This document shows, in pieces, positions 8,650-18,542 of a DNA stretch of 64,000 bases. A model generated the notes under the pieces. That model saw nothing but the letters and a program-made list of their open reading frames with translations, was not told the DNA's origin and did no database searches. Position 1 is the first letter of the stretch; each line of letters begins with the position of its first letter. A program made the position numbers and the translations under genes. Origin of the DNA: a bacterium (GTDB taxonomy: Bacteria; Patescibacteriota; UBA1384; CAILIB01); assembly GCA_037131105.1 (NCBI GenBank), contig JBAXRQ010000001.1, positions 322,039 to 386,038 of the forward strand, given 5' to 3'.

Positions 8650-10422
8650 ATGGAAATCGATAATCTCTACCGACTACGTCACTCGCTGGCGCATGTTCTC
8701 GCCATTGCAGTCCTCGAAGAATTTCCCGAAGCCAAGCTGGCTATCGGCCCTCCGGTCGACAACGGTTTTTACTATGATTTTGAGCTTCCCTGCGCCCTCC
8801 AGCCTGAGGACCTGCCTGCATTGCAGGAGCGAATGAAGAAGATCCTGCCCCAGGGACTGGGCTTTGCTGAAAGTACCCATTCCATAAATGAGGCACTGGA
8901 GCGTTTCAAAGACCAGCCCTACAAGGCTGAGCTGATTCGTGACCTGGCCGAAAAGGGGGAGACCGAGGTTACTTTCTACACCTCTGGCGACTTCGTAGAC
9001 CTCTGTAAGGGCGGTCACGTGGAAAGTACTGCCGAGATCCCAGTAGACTGCTTTGCCCTTTCCCACGCTTCCGGTGCTTACTGGCGCGGGGATGAGAAGC
9101 GTCCTATGCTGCAGCGCATCTACGGCCTGGCTTTTGAGACGGCTGATGAGCTGAAGGCTTACCAGACCATGATGGAGGAGGCTAAGAAGCGTGATCACCG
9201 TAAGTTGGGTGCCGAACTGGACCTCTTCACCTTCTCTGATCTGGTGGGCTCAGGCCTTCCCCTCTGGACACCTAAGGGCACCATCCTTAGGAACCTGCTT
9301 GACGACTATGTGGGTGAGCTGCGGGCGAACTATGACTACCAGAAGGTGGAGATCCCCCATATCACCAAGAGGGACCTCTACGAGAAAAGCGGTCACTGGG
9401 AGAAGTTCCAGGAAGAGCTGTTCCGTATCAAGACCCGCGAAGGGCATGAGTTTGTTATGAAACCGATGAACTGCCCCCATCACACCCAGATATTTGACCG
9501 CCGCAAGTGGAGCTACCGTGAGATGCCAGCGCGATACGCTAACACCACTATGTGTTACCGCGACGAGCAGAGCGGCGAGTTGAGCGGACTGTCCCGGACA
9601 CGTGCATTTTCCCAGGACGATGCCCACGTATTCTGCCGCTATGACCAGAGCAAGGAAGAGCAGCTTAAGGTATGGGAGATCATCGAGACCTTCTACAAGA
9701 GCTTCGGTTTCGAGTTGTCCATGCGTCTTTCCTTCCATGATCCCTCTAATATGGGCGCTTACCTGGGAACTGAGGAGGAGTGGCAGCAGGCCGAGAACGA
9801 GCTTAAGGAGCTGATGGTGGAAAAGGGCGTCGAATATGAGATTGGCATCGGCGAAGCCGCCTTTTATGGCCCGAAGATCGACTTCATGGCTAAGGACTCC
9901 ATCGGCCGTAAGTGGCAGGTGGCAACGCTGCAGGTAGATAAGAACCAGCCTTCTCGCTTTGGACTTACGTATACGGCAGAGGATGGCAGCGAGCAGCCGG
10001 TGCTGATGATCCACGCCGCTATCATGGGATCTATCGACCGGTTCCTGTCGGTATTTATCGAACACGTGGCCGGTAACTTCCCCTTCTGGCTATCTCCAGT
10101 CCAGGTGTCAGTGCTTCCGGTTAATGACCAGTGCTTCGAATCGGCTCGCGAGCTGGCCACCTTACTAAAGAAAGAGGGTCTGCGCGTGACCGTAGATGAA
10201 AGCAGTGAGAGCGTCGGTAAGAAGATCCGCAATGCCTCCGTACAGAAAACTCCCGTGAAGCTAGTACTTGGTCTTAAGGAGATCGAGGCCTTCAAGGAGT
10301 CAGGAGTATGGAAGGTGAAGCCCAACTGGCGGACCGATTTAGCAGAGCTGGGGGAGGAAGAGATTGCGCTCGATCAGCTATTGTCTTCAATGAGGGAGTT
10401 AGTTGCGACAAAGAAGTTCTAG
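8650..10422 (+). CDS. thrS: threonine--tRNA ligase (590 aa, begins at the editing domain; no N-terminal TGS domain)
   Basis: RHSLAHVLAIAV...IGPPVDNGFYYDF (editing-domain Zn motif), then a class II catalytic core and a C-terminal anticodon-binding domain. Confidence 0.9.
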   Translation: MEIDNLYRLRHSLAHVLAIAVLEEFPEAKLAIGPPVDNGFYYDFELPCALQPEDLPALQERMKKILPQGLGFAESTHSINEALERFKDQPYKAELIRDLAEKGETEVTFYTSGDFVDLCKGGHVESTAEIPVDCFALSHASGAYWRGDEKRPMLQRIYGLAFETADELKAYQTMMEEAKKRDHRKLGAELDLFTFSDLVGSGLPLWTPKGTILRNLLDDYVGELRANYDYQKVEIPHITKRDLYEKSGHWEKFQEELFRIKTREGHEFVMKPMNCPHHTQIFDRRKWSYREMPARYANTTMCYRDEQSGELSGLSRTRAFSQDDAHVFCRYDQSKEEQLKVWEIIETFYKSFGFELSMRLSFHDPSNMGAYLGTEEEWQQAENELKELMVEKGVEYEIGIGEAAFYGPKIDFMAKDSIGRKWQVATLQVDKNQPSRFGLTYTAEDGSEQPVLMIHAAIMGSIDRFLSVFIEHVAGNFPFWLSPVQVSVLPVNDQCFESARELATLLKKEGLRVTVDESSESVGKKIRNASVQKTPVKLVLGLKEIEAFKESGVWKVKPNWRTDLAELGEEEIALDQLLSSMRELVATKKF

Positions 10423-10461
10423 GCAGCATACTGTGTGCCATGAGTATTTCAAGACTCTAGT

Positions 10462-10926
10462 ATGGCCCCTCAAGAACTAACGAGTATTAACCTCAACGGA
10501 GAGGCGTTTGAAGTGTCGTACGTTGAAACGTCGCAGGTTAAGGTTGGGGTCGAATGTGATGTCTATGCGTTTATCAATGATGACTCCAGAGACCTGGCGA
10601 TTATTCGTATAAAGGCAGGGTGCAGTTCTCCTCACCAAAGAATCAAAAAAGGAACAAAGACTGTGCAGGGTTTCCTTGAGGGTGAAGCTACGCTGTCAAT
10701 CGGTGATGTTGATGGCGGGGTGAGCGTCTCATACTTTAATTCGCGAGATGAGGTGGCTGATAATGAGACCGAAGTACGATTGGGCAAACCATGCTGTGGA
10801 AGGCACTCGGAAGGGATCTGGTCTATTACGAGATATGTGAACCTCCCTTTGAGGATGGCAGGTATGAGAATCTGCCTGAGTAAGAACATGAAAAAGGACC
10901 GGCAGAGGCCGGTCCTTTTTCTTTAG
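10462..10926 (+). CDS. hypothetical protein (154 aa)
   Basis: Good-length ORF after thrS with no recognisable motifs. Its 3' end overlaps a strong terminator hairpin. Confidence 0.4.
   Translation: MAPQELTSINLNGEAFEVSYVETSQVKVGVECDVYAFINDDSRDLAIIRIKAGCSSPHQRIKKGTKTVQGFLEGEATLSIGDVDGGVSVSYFNSRDEVADNETEVRLGKPCCGRHSEGIWSITRYVNLPLRMAGMRICLSKNMKKDRQRPVLFL
10891..10924. terminator. bidirectional rho-independent terminator (aaaaaggaccggcagaggccggtccttttt)
   Basis: Perfect 8-bp GC-rich stem flanked by an A-run and a T-run. Lies between convergent genes 10462..10926 (+) and rplY (-). Confidence 0.7.
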
Positions 10927-10934
10927 TCTTGCGA

Positions 10935-11633
10935 CTATTTTTCCTCTGTAGCTGCAGCCTCTTCGCCTTCGGCAGGAGCCTCGCCGCCGGTCTCAGCTGC
11001 GATGGCAGTGACGTCCGTAGCTTCAACGGCCTCATCAAGAGCGGCCAGTTCCTCTTCGGAACGAGGAGCGGTAACGGAAGCGACCATCTCGTCCTCGTCG
11101 TCCAGGATCTCGATGCCTGCAGGGGCCTTGATGTCCTTGACCCGGATATCGTCTTCAAAGGTGGCGAGTACTGAGATGTCGACTTCGATGCTGTGGACTA
11201 GGTCCTGAGGTAGACACTCGACGTTTACCATTGCCTTGACGGTGGAAAGGCTTCCGCCCTCTACCTCGACGGCAGCGGACTCACCAACGAACTCGAGTGG
11301 GATCTCGGTCTGTAGCTTCTCCTTCATGTTCACCGTGTAGAAATCGGCGTGAACTAGGCGGGAAGTGGTAGGGTCCAGCTGGAGATCGTGGATCAGTACC
11401 TTGTGGGCAGCTTTCCCGTCAACCTTCAGATCAACCAGGGTGCTGGAACCAGCGGACTTCCATACGGCTAGCAGCTCGCGGGCAGGTACGGAAATAGAAA
11501 GGCTCTCCTGGCCGTGTCCGTAGACAACTGCAGGAATCTGGCCCTTGGAACGAAGCTGACGAACCTGCTTGCCGATAACAGTACGCAGGTCGGCGCTCAG
11601 GGTAGGAGTGGTGGTGTCGTGAGTGGAGGTCAT
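10935..11633 (-). CDS. rplY: 50S ribosomal protein L25 / general stress protein Ctc, with acidic Ala/Glu-rich C-terminal tail
   Basis: ...RQLRSKGQIPAVVYGHGQESLSISV... matches L25/Ctc N-terminal β-barrel. Confidence 0.85.
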   Translation of the reverse strand: MTSTHDTTTPTLSADLRTVIGKQVRQLRSKGQIPAVVYGHGQESLSISVPARELLAVWKSAGSSTLVDLKVDGKAAHKVLIHDLQLDPTTSRLVHADFYTVNMKEKLQTEIPLEFVGESAAVEVEGGSLSTVKAMVNVECLPQDLVHSIEVDISVLATFEDDIRVKDIKAPAGIEILDDEDEMVASVTAPRSEEELAALDEAVEATDVTAIAAETGGEAPAEGEEAAATEEK

Positions 11634-11685
11634 ACCAATAGAAAAAGGGCGAGATGCCCCGGAGGCTTAGGGGTGAATAAGAACG

Positions 11686-11913
11686 TTAGCGAGACCCAAA
11701 GGCCTTAATGTAGTCGCCATCAAACTTCTCGAGGGCGTCATGCAGGCTTATGATGTCATTGGCACCGATAGGGGTGCCCTCTTCAGGAAGCTCCTGGCGC
11801 TGGGCCGAGGTGTTAAAATGGACCAGGACTGAGATGCTGACCGGGACCTCCCCATCGGAGTTGACCAGTTGGAAGTGGTGAAACTCCCCCTGAGGCATCA
11901 TTTCCTCATTCAT
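11686..11913 (-). CDS. hypothetical small protein (75 aa)
   Basis: ORF only; no motif. Confidence 0.3.
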   Translation of the reverse strand: MNEEMMPQGEFHHFQLVNSDGEVPVSISVLVHFNTSAQRQELPEEGTPIGANDIISLHDALEKFDGDYIKAFGSR

Positions 11914-11995
11914 CGTGGCTTCGCTTACCTATATGGCAGTATCATAGGTGAAATAGGAGTGGAAGTCAATGTTCCATCTCTTGTGCCGAGTCATT

Positions 11996-12080
11996 GGCTG
12001 CCCTCAAAAACCATTGAGACGTATTCCGAAGGAATACTGTTAGACAGGCTCCCTTGAGTCGAAGGTTTTTGAGGGCAGCC
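11996..12080. repeat. perfect 17-bp inverted repeat (ggctgccctcaaaaacc / ggtttttgagggcagcc) with ~50-nt loop containing an inner 7-bp hairpin, immediately 3' of uvrB
   Basis: Read directly from the sequence. The right arm abuts the uvrB stop codon. Confidence 0.6.
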
Positions 12081-15000
12081 TATGACTCGAGTTCTCGGAT
12101 TTGGTCTCTGAGCTTAGCTGCCCCCTCATAATCCAAGTGTAATGCGGCCTGGGCCATCTTGTCGCGCAGCTCTTCCAGATAGAACTTCTTCTCCATGGGC
12201 TTCAGCCGGTTGTACATGGCCTTCTCCTCGGCAACAGTAAGAGTCTCGTGGCTAGGTAAGGCGATAGTAATTGGCTTGTTCAGCAGCTGAGGCACGATTC
12301 CGTGCTCCACGTTATAAGCCTTCTGAATGGTGCGGCGGCGGTCGGTCTCATCGATAGCTCGACGCATGGAGCCGGTGATGTTGTTGGCGTACATGATGAC
12401 TCGTCCCTGGGGGTGGCGGGCGGCCCGGCCGATGGTCTGAATAAGTGAGGTCTCTGAGCGCAGGAAGCCTTCCTTGTCAGCGTCCAGTATGGCGATAAGG
12501 CTCACTTCGGGTAGATCCAGACCCTCGCGCAGCAGGTTGATACCCACCAGTACGTCATAGGTGCCTAGGCGCAGGTCCTGAAGGATCTGGGAGCGGTCCA
12601 AGGTCTTTACGTCGGAGTGCAGGTACTGGACCTTGATGTTTCGGTCCTGCAGGTACTCGGTGATGTCCTCGGCCATGCGCTTGGTGAGGGTAGTGACCAG
12701 GGTGCGCTCGTGTCGCTCGATGCGTATTGCGATTTCCTTGAGAAGGTCGTCTATCTGCCCGTCGATGGGCCGTATCTCGATCTCCGGGTCGGGGATGCCA
12801 GTAGGACGAATTAATAGCTGGGCTACCAGATCCACCTTCTTATCTTTTTCCAGACGGGTCTCCTGGGTCTCTACTTTTACCTTCTCCAGTTCGTACTTGC
12901 CAGGGGTAGCCGACACATAGACTGCCTGGCCGCGGCGCTCCTCAAACTCAGCAAAGGTCAGGGGGCGGTTGTCTTTGGCACCCTTCAGGCGGAAACCATA
13001 GTCCACCAGGGTATTCTTGCGGGCCTGGTCGCCGTTGTACATGCCGCCGATCTGAGGGATGGTCATATGTGACTCATCCACAAACAGTAGGAAATCGTCC
13101 GGGAAATAGTCCAACAGTACCGACGGGGGAGTGCCGGGCGCGCGCCGGTCAAAGTAGCGCGAATAGTTCTCGATGCCGGAGCAAGATCCGGTCTCGCGAA
13201 TCATTTCCAGGTCGAAGGTGACCCGCTGCTTCAGCCTTTGGGCTTCTAGCAGCTTGCCGTGGGCTTCGAAGTCAGCCACCTCGGCTCGCATGTCCCGTTC
13301 AATCTCGGCTAGGATCTCTGGGCGGGCGGTCTCTTCGGTCAGGAAGTGCTTGGCGGGAAATATCTCCACCTCGTCCACGCTCTCCAGTGACTTCTGGGTG
13401 ATGGGATCTATGAGATCAATACTCTCCACCTCGTCGCCAAACTGTACTATCCTGATCTGGTAATCCTCATAAGCCGGAAAGATGGTGATGGTGTCACCCT
13501 GCACCCGGTAGCGGCCGCGGGAGAGATCAATGTCATTTCGCTCATACTGCACATCGGCCAGCTTTCGGGTGAACTGGCGCTGAGGCAGCTGCTCGCCCTT
13601 CTTTACCGTGATATTGGCAAGGCGATAAACGTCAGGAGAGCCCAGACCGTAGATGCAGGAGACCGATGCAACGATGATGGTGTCCCGACGGGTAAGTATG
13701 GAGTGGGTGGAGGCGTGCCGGAACTTCTCGATCTCCTCGTTAATGGCCGAGTCCTTCTCGATGTAGGTGTCGGTCATCGGGATGTAGGCCTCCGGCTGGT
13801 AGTAGTCGTAGTAGGAGACGAAGTACTGGACGGCATTATCCGGGAAGAATTCCCTGAATTCGGCAAAGAGCTGGGCGGCCAGGGTCTTGTTGTGGGCCAT
13901 GACAAGGGTTGGGCGCTGCAGCCGCTCGATGGCATTAGCCATGATGAAGGTATTGTGAACAAAGAGCCCTCCCCGTCCTGTCATAAAGGTCTCAAGTCCA
14001 GGTACGCTAAAATCATACACATACGGGTGTAAAGGTTTTGTCGGTTCGCAAGATGCTATTGGGGACCAGTGAAGCCTGGTTAGTCCCAAGAGTTCTTCGT
14101 CCTTAACGTCTAGAGAGGCGCATATACGCTCAAAAAGTGTCCGAGAAGGATTTCGAATGCCTACTTCGATAGCTGAGATCATGGTGCGGGTGCATCCTGC
14201 TTTTAGGGCGACATCGCGTTGGAGGAGTCCTGCTTCCTGTCGTAATGTCAGGAGTCGCTTTCCTACTCCATACACCAGGTCAACATTGGTGTTCCCTGAC
14301 TTAATCTGCCTGAGAAGTGCGGCTGATTTTCTCGGGCTAATAAAGCCTATCTTGTATGCGAAAGCTCTAAGGTTGTCCTGCCCGCTAATGGTTATCAGAT
14401 GATACATACCACGAGTTCCATCTGGTTTTAGCTTGCTTACCGGCCTGAACCGTGCCCATATGCCAAACCGTAACAGTGCCTCGGCTATATCACTGGCTAG
14501 TTCCGGGCTAAGGGTTACGGCGGTTACGGCCCCCTTTTCAACTCCACCATCTCCCTCAAAGTAGGCAGAAAGAAGCTTGGCTAGGAACTTATTGGAAAAA
14601 GAGGGCCATAAGCTCGGTAGGCGCTTGTTATGGGCATGGGTGCCCATGTGGCTAGATAGTAGGTCTCTCCAAGAACGAATCCCGATTCTATAGTCACCTG
14701 TTTCTTGGAGCCCGAACGGGATGTTCAGCTCCTTGAGGCATCTCCCTACCTCGGCATGGACATAAGGGTCACGAACAGTAATCTGGGAGCCTCCTATAGA
14801 ACAATGGCCCTCAGCGATATACTGGCCAAAAATAGTGGCAACGGCTGGCGTAAGCGGAAGTGTCACAGGCTCGCTATGGATCTTGCCCTTCAGGCTAATC
14901 TCAAAAGGTTTAACAATGTTGCAGGCCAGAAGCTGCCTGGCAGCGGAGAGGTGTACTCCTTCATTAAAGCGGACAACCCGGTATGCTTTGGCATTAGGAT

Positions 15001-15631
15001 GTTCATAATGCCCTGCCAATATGTGGGCAAGGATAGGCTGAGAACGTACTGCCCCACGGAGCTGCACTCCTACGTTTTCAGAGGTGATCTCGTCAATGAG
15101 GTTCAGTGCGGTTAAGGGTCGCGGGGGTTCTGGCAGTAAAGCTGGTACTGGCAGCGCATCAGTTTCTCTGACTTGGCTTCCTTCAACAAGGCAAAGATGT
15201 CCGTCACGTAGTACCCAGACGCTATGGTCACCAGTTACGGTCACGGTTCTACCGCAGCTGGTTGTCAGCCTAAATAACTGGTCAGGAGAGGCGTGGCGGC
15301 TAAGTACGCTGATTTGCTCCCAACTGGTTTTACCAGTCTTAACATCCCAGGACATAACTTCCCATGTACGAGATGGGGCAACTGCGGCTGATTCGTTTTG
15401 TCGGAAGCCTTTTAGGTGTTGGTCGATAAGAAGTCCGATTGGTCCACGATAGGGACGTCCGTCGATACGCACTGTAACTGGTTCATCCCAGGCTACGCTC
15501 TTTCCCGTTCCTGTGGCTCCTAGCAGTACCTGAGACTGGGCTCCGGCCTCGACATTATTCACTATCTGTTCGATAGCGCTAGGTTGGTCGCCGTCGGGTG
15601 TGAAAGGAGCCTTTAGGTTAAAGCGCTTCAT
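12080..15631 (-). CDS. uvrB: excinuclease ABC subunit B containing a 516-aa intein (1183-aa precursor; mature UvrB ~667 aa)
   Basis: N-extein ...LLGATGTGK is interrupted after the Walker-A lysine. C-extein resumes [56 protein letters not shown]... and continues through the UvrB helicase motifs to a UvrC-binding C-terminus. AGGAGG RBS. Confidence 0.9.
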   Translation of the reverse strand: MKRFNLKAPFTPDGDQPSAIEQIVNNVEAGAQSQVLLGATGTGKSVAWDEPVTVRIDGRPYRGPIGLLIDQHLKGFRQNESAAVAPSRTWEVMSWDVKTGKTSWEQISVLSRHASPDQLFRLTTSCGRTVTVTGDHSVWVLRDGHLCLVEGSQVRETDALPVPALLPEPPRPLTALNLIDEITSENVGVQLRGAVRSQPILAHILAGHYEHPNAKAYRVVRFNEGVHLSAARQLLACNIVKPFEISLKGKIHSEPVTLPLTPAVATIFGQYIAEGHCSIGGSQITVRDPYVHAEVGRCLKELNIPFGLQETGDYRIGIRSWRDLLSSHMGTHAHNKRLPSLWPSFSNKFLAKLLSAYFEGDGGVEKGAVTAVTLSPELASDIAEALLRFGIWARFRPVSKLKPDGTRGMYHLITISGQDNLRAFAYKIGFISPRKSAALLRQIKSGNTNVDLVYGVGKRLLTLRQEAGLLQRDVALKAGCTRTMISAIEVGIRNPSRTLFERICASLDVKDEELLGLTRLHWSPIASCEPTKPLHPYVYDFSVPGLETFMTGRGGLFVHNTFIMANAIERLQRPTLVMAHNKTLAAQLFAEFREFFPDNAVQYFVSYYDYYQPEAYIPMTDTYIEKDSAINEEIEKFRHASTHSILTRRDTIIVASVSCIYGLGSPDVYRLANITVKKGEQLPQRQFTRKLADVQYERNDIDLSRGRYRVQGDTITIFPAYEDYQIRIVQFGDEVESIDLIDPITQKSLESVDEVEIFPAKHFLTEETARPEILAEIERDMRAEVADFEAHGKLLEAQRLKQRVTFDLEMIRETGSCSGIENYSRYFDRRAPGTPPSVLLDYFPDDFLLFVDESHMTIPQIGGMYNGDQARKNTLVDYGFRLKGAKDNRPLTFAEFEERRGQAVYVSATPGKYELEKVKVETQETRLEKDKKVDLVAQLLIRPTGIPDPEIEIRPIDGQIDDLLKEIAIRIERHERTLVTTLTKRMAEDITEYLQDRNIKVQYLHSDVKTLDRSQILQDLRLGTYDVLVGINLLREGLDLPEVSLIAILDADKEGFLRSETSLIQTIGRAARHPQGRVIMYANNITGSMRRAIDETDRRRTIQKAYNVEHGIVPQLLNKPITIALPSHETLTVAEEKAMYNRLKPMEKKFYLEELRDKMAQAALHLDYEGAAKLRDQIRELES
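13952..15499 (-). mobile_element. UvrB intein (Ser1 ... His-Asn/Thr+1) carrying a LAGLIDADG homing endonuclease and an embedded XRE-type HTH
   Basis: Begins [14 protein letters not shown]... and ends ...GGLFVHN followed by +1 Thr. LAGLIDADG-like blocks [12 protein letters not shown] and [12 protein letters not shown]. Cro/C1-type HTH ...[36 protein letters not shown]. Confidence 0.8.
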
Positions 15632-16004
15632 ATGCCTCCTTAATCTGGTCTAGCTTGTCTATCGGAATAATGGCGGCAGCGTAGCAGTCGATGTCAGTAT
15701 CGCCGGTGGACTCGGAGAAGCATACCGGTATCTTCTGGGCCAGGCAGTAACCCAGCTCGATCTTCACGCTGGTGCCCATGTAGCCTTCGGGAAGGATAAA
15801 GTAGGCTGCGTCAGCCTGTTCGGCCGCCTCATAGTGCTCCATGGCCAGGCGCAGCTTGTGGGCTGCGTCCAGGGCCTGATCGGTATTGCCGACCTCCAGG
15901 TCTAAGTTTGGGAATAGGGGAGTGATGCCCAGCTTCTCAAGAGCCGACATAGTGGCAGCTATCTTGCCTCTAAACTTGACGCTGGCGCAGACCAATACCT
16001 TCAT
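15618..16004 (-). CDS. nucleoside 2-deoxyribosyltransferase-like protein (128 aa)
   Basis: [11 protein letters not shown]...[26 protein letters not shown] resembles the Rossmann-like deoxyribosyltransferase family signature (GT.FELGYA..GKPV). 14-nt overlap with the uvrB start (coupled). Confidence 0.45.
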   Translation of the reverse strand: MKVLVCASVKFRGKIAATMSALEKLGITPLFPNLDLEVGNTDQALDAAHKLRLAMEHYEAAEQADAAYFILPEGYMGTSVKIELGYCLAQKIPVCFSESTGDTDIDCYAAAIIPIDKLDQIKEAYEAL

Positions 16005-16128
16005 ATGCTGTGTTTTCTGGAAGTGTGAATACCTTATGCATAGGTCAATATACCAGAAAGTGGCAGGGAGAGCAGCACAGGGTGGCGTGGGCGCACTATT
16101 GCTGGTACAACGGGTGAAGGGGGTAACT

Positions 16129-16581
16129 ATGGATGAAAACCTTGTGAGTGTCGATGCTATTATTGCCGCTGCTCAGGCAATGAGCAGCATTCCTGATGGC
16201 GAAGGCATGCCACTGGATAGGGCTGCTTATGCCGCGAGGGCCTATCAACGGGAAAGTGGACTTGATGAGCTACTTGAAAAGGTTGATGGTCAGCTTATTG
16301 AGCCAGATAGGGGGCGAGCCTTAGAGGCGGTTGCCGGGGCGATTCCGGTTAGTGCTTTGTTGGCCAACAGCTACTGGGGGATCAAGCCCTCATATGTCAC
16401 GTTTTTTGTTGGACAGTTGGGTGAGGAGGAGGCTTGCCTTCGGCTCAATGAGATGTGGCGTGCCTATTCTGGTGACGATTTGCCTCTCGTATTGGGAAAG
16501 GAGGAAGGAGGAGAACATTGGGGTGCTTATCCGGAGCAATACAAAGAGATGTATTGTGAAATATATGGCTTCAGCCTGTAA
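16129..16581 (+). CDS. hypothetical protein (150 aa)
   Basis: Internal ATG (MDENLVSV...) preceded by a GAAGGGGG RBS. The longer ORF from 15886 would overlap the opposite-strand gene. Confidence 0.45.
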   Translation: MDENLVSVDAIIAAAQAMSSIPDGEGMPLDRAAYAARAYQRESGLDELLEKVDGQLIEPDRGRALEAVAGAIPVSALLANSYWGIKPSYVTFFVGQLGEEEACLRLNEMWRAYSGDDLPLVLGKEEGGEHWGAYPEQYKEMYCEIYGFSL

Positions 16582-16623
16582 TAGGCGCGAAGCTTTGGGG
16601 GAGTCGGATGTCCGGCTCCTCTT

Positions 16624-17343
16624 TTATATAGATTCCTCGAGTGAGTTTTTGGATAGCTCGGTGGTGCGCTGCTTGGCCTGGGCTTGGCGCCACTTTGCGA
16701 TCTCGGCATGGTGGCCGGAAAGCAGGATATCCGGTACGGTCTGGCCCTTGTATTCAAGCGGTCGGGTGTAATGGGGATACTCCACCAAGGGTTTGCCAGC
16801 TTCATCGAGGATGGAAAAGCTTTCTTCCTCAGGAGACTCCTTGCGGATGACTTCAGGAAGTAGACGGGCAATAGCGTCTACGACCATAAGAGCTGGTAGT
16901 TCACCGCCGGTCAGTACAAAGTCGCCTATGGAGAGCTGGGCATCTACCAAGGAGCGGATCCTTTCATCAAAGCCCTCGTAGTGTCCGCATATGAGGGTAA
17001 TCTGGTCGTACTGCTCGGCAGCGTACCTGACCCGGGGTTGGGTGAGGCGTTTGCCCTGGGGGGTCATCAGGATGCTGCGGCGTCGCTCAGCCGGGATAGC
17101 CGCCACCTCGGGGATTTCCAGTACCTTGTGCAGGGCGGCATCGAGGATGTCCACCTTGAGCACCATGCCAGCACCGCCGCCGTACGGGGTGTCATCGACG
17201 CTCTTATGGGTGTCGGTGGCCACTTCGCGGATATCATGGAGGTGCACCTCAACTAAGCCGGCCGCCTGGGCCCGCTTAAGAATCGAGGCCTCCAAGGGGC
17301 CGCGCAGCATTTCCGGGAACAGAGTGAGGATATCGAATCGCAT
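16624..17343 (-). CDS. trmD: tRNA (guanine37-N1)-methyltransferase
   Basis: [12 protein letters not shown]...[12 protein letters not shown]...[12 protein letters not shown], canonical TrmD SPOUT motifs. Confidence 0.9.
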   Translation of the reverse strand: MRFDILTLFPEMLRGPLEASILKRAQAAGLVEVHLHDIREVATDTHKSVDDTPYGGGAGMVLKVDILDAALHKVLEIPEVAAIPAERRRSILMTPQGKRLTQPRVRYAAEQYDQITLICGHYEGFDERIRSLVDAQLSIGDFVLTGGELPALMVVDAIARLLPEVIRKESPEEESFSILDEAGKPLVEYPHYTRPLEYKGQTVPDILLSGHHAEIAKWRQAQAKQRTTELSKNSLEESI

Positions 17344-17583
17344 ACAGTGACAGTAGCAGATTTTCAGGTTGACAGCCAGTAGCTTTGCCTATATATTTTC
17401 CTGGAACGAGGTGATCACATGGGTGACGACAGCGGTAAGCTGCTATTTTGGCTTTTCGGTGCCTTGGTACTTGTGCTCTGTGTTGCCGGGTTGGCAACGT
17501 ATGGCAGATAAGGCTTCCTGGGCGGAGAACTGTTTAGCCGGCAGGAGTCGGTGATGACGGACGACTATGAAAGGAATTGAAAA

Positions 17584-17832
17584 ATGGGAAGGTTCATTCG
17601 GGAACATGTGAAGTTCGTGCTGCTTGGGATGGGTATTACGATAGTGCTGATAGCGGCAGTTTCGCTCGTTGGTCCTGGTCCGGATGGAATGAGCGCCATC
17701 TCGACAACCTGGCAGCCTTCATTCGCGACAGAGGATGATGACGCTATCAACCACTATCCCCAAGAAGATCCGGTTCCCGGACAGGAAGTGGAGGTCGACG
17801 TCTCTATAGCATCCAGCGGGAGGGCGGAATAG
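17584..17832 (+). CDS. hypothetical single-TM membrane protein (82 aa)
   Basis: AAAGGAA RBS; TM helix VLLGMGITIVLIAAVSLVG; acidic tail. Confidence 0.35.
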   Translation: MGRFIREHVKFVLLGMGITIVLIAAVSLVGPGPDGMSAISTTWQPSFATEDDDAINHYPQEDPVPGQEVEVDVSIASSGRAE

Positions 17833-17903
17833 AAGGAATTTCTTCTGTGTATCGAAGGACTTCACTAGGGCCCGGATCTTTGCGATCCGGGTTTCCTTAC
17901 GTC

Positions 17904-18308
17904 TTAGGGGAGCTTTGTGACAAACAGGCCCCATTCGGCAGCATGAGCAGCTAGGTCTGCGCCGCTAATCTTGTAGGAGATCTCGAAATTCTTCTTCCGA
18001 TCTCGGTAGTTGATGAACCCAAGGGTGAAATACCTCTGAATATCCTCGACCGGCACGTCAATCTGGACTAGTATGCCCCCTTTGGTTTTGGCGTAGGTGA
18101 GGGCCTTTTCTTTCTTGTCGGTGAAGGTGCGTATAGCTACTGGCTCGATGGAGGCAAGGCGCAGGACTATGGGATTGAGATGCTCGGGGTACTTGAAATC
18201 GCCCCGCTGGCGGATACGGAGCAGCTGACGCCACCCCTTCTGGTGGACCGAGGCGGTGTCAGGGTCCAAGTGCTCAAATTCTTGCTTGAGGCCTAGATAG
18301 AGTTTCAT
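17904..18308 (-). CDS. hypothetical protein (134 aa) in the position normally held by rimM in the rpsP-KH-rimM-trmD cluster
   Basis: The ORF track start is TTG at 18347; the first ATG (MKLYLGLKQEF...) is at 18308. No PRC-barrel/RimM motif recognised and no SD. Confidence 0.45.
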   Translation of the reverse strand: MKLYLGLKQEFEHLDPDTASVHQKGWRQLLRIRQRGDFKYPEHLNPIVLRLASIEPVAIRTFTDKKEKALTYAKTKGGILVQIDVPVEDIQRYFTLGFINYRDRKKNFEISYKISGADLAAHAAEWGLFVTKLP

Positions 18309-18340
18309 AGGAGAATATTGTTCTAGACGATAGCATACTC

Positions 18341-18369
18341 TTGACAATCTGGCAAAACAGAGATATATT
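18341..18369 (+). promoter_or_regulatory. sigma70-like promoter (TTGACA-17 bp-TATATT)
   Basis: Consensus -35 and near-consensus -10 read directly. It points into a 150-nt ORF-poor interval that ends at the terminator at 18486-18530. Confidence 0.4.
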
Positions 18370-18485
18370 CATCCGGACAGTTTCCCGTGATGGACCTATC
18401 CGGGAGTTGTCACAAATCCGTTACTTCACCTAGGAGGTGATGCCTATTGTCGATAGCGCTGGTTTTCCAGCAATCGACATCGTTG

Positions 18486-18530
18486 GAAAAAAGCCCAGAA
18501 GCACGCGCTTCTGGGCTTTTCCTGTTTTTT
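18486..18530. terminator. bidirectional rho-independent terminator (aaaaaagcccagaagcacgcgcttctgggctttt...tttttt)
   Basis: 10-bp perfect stem flanked by A- and T-runs. Follows the KH-domain gene on the minus strand. Confidence 0.7.
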
Positions 18531-18542
18531 GGCAATTGTGAA

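Noticed and set aside
9250-10065. 271-aa ORF antisense to thrS
   Set aside because: Embedded in the thrS coding region, which has unmistakable class II aaRS motifs. Low-complexity Leu/Ala-rich translation.
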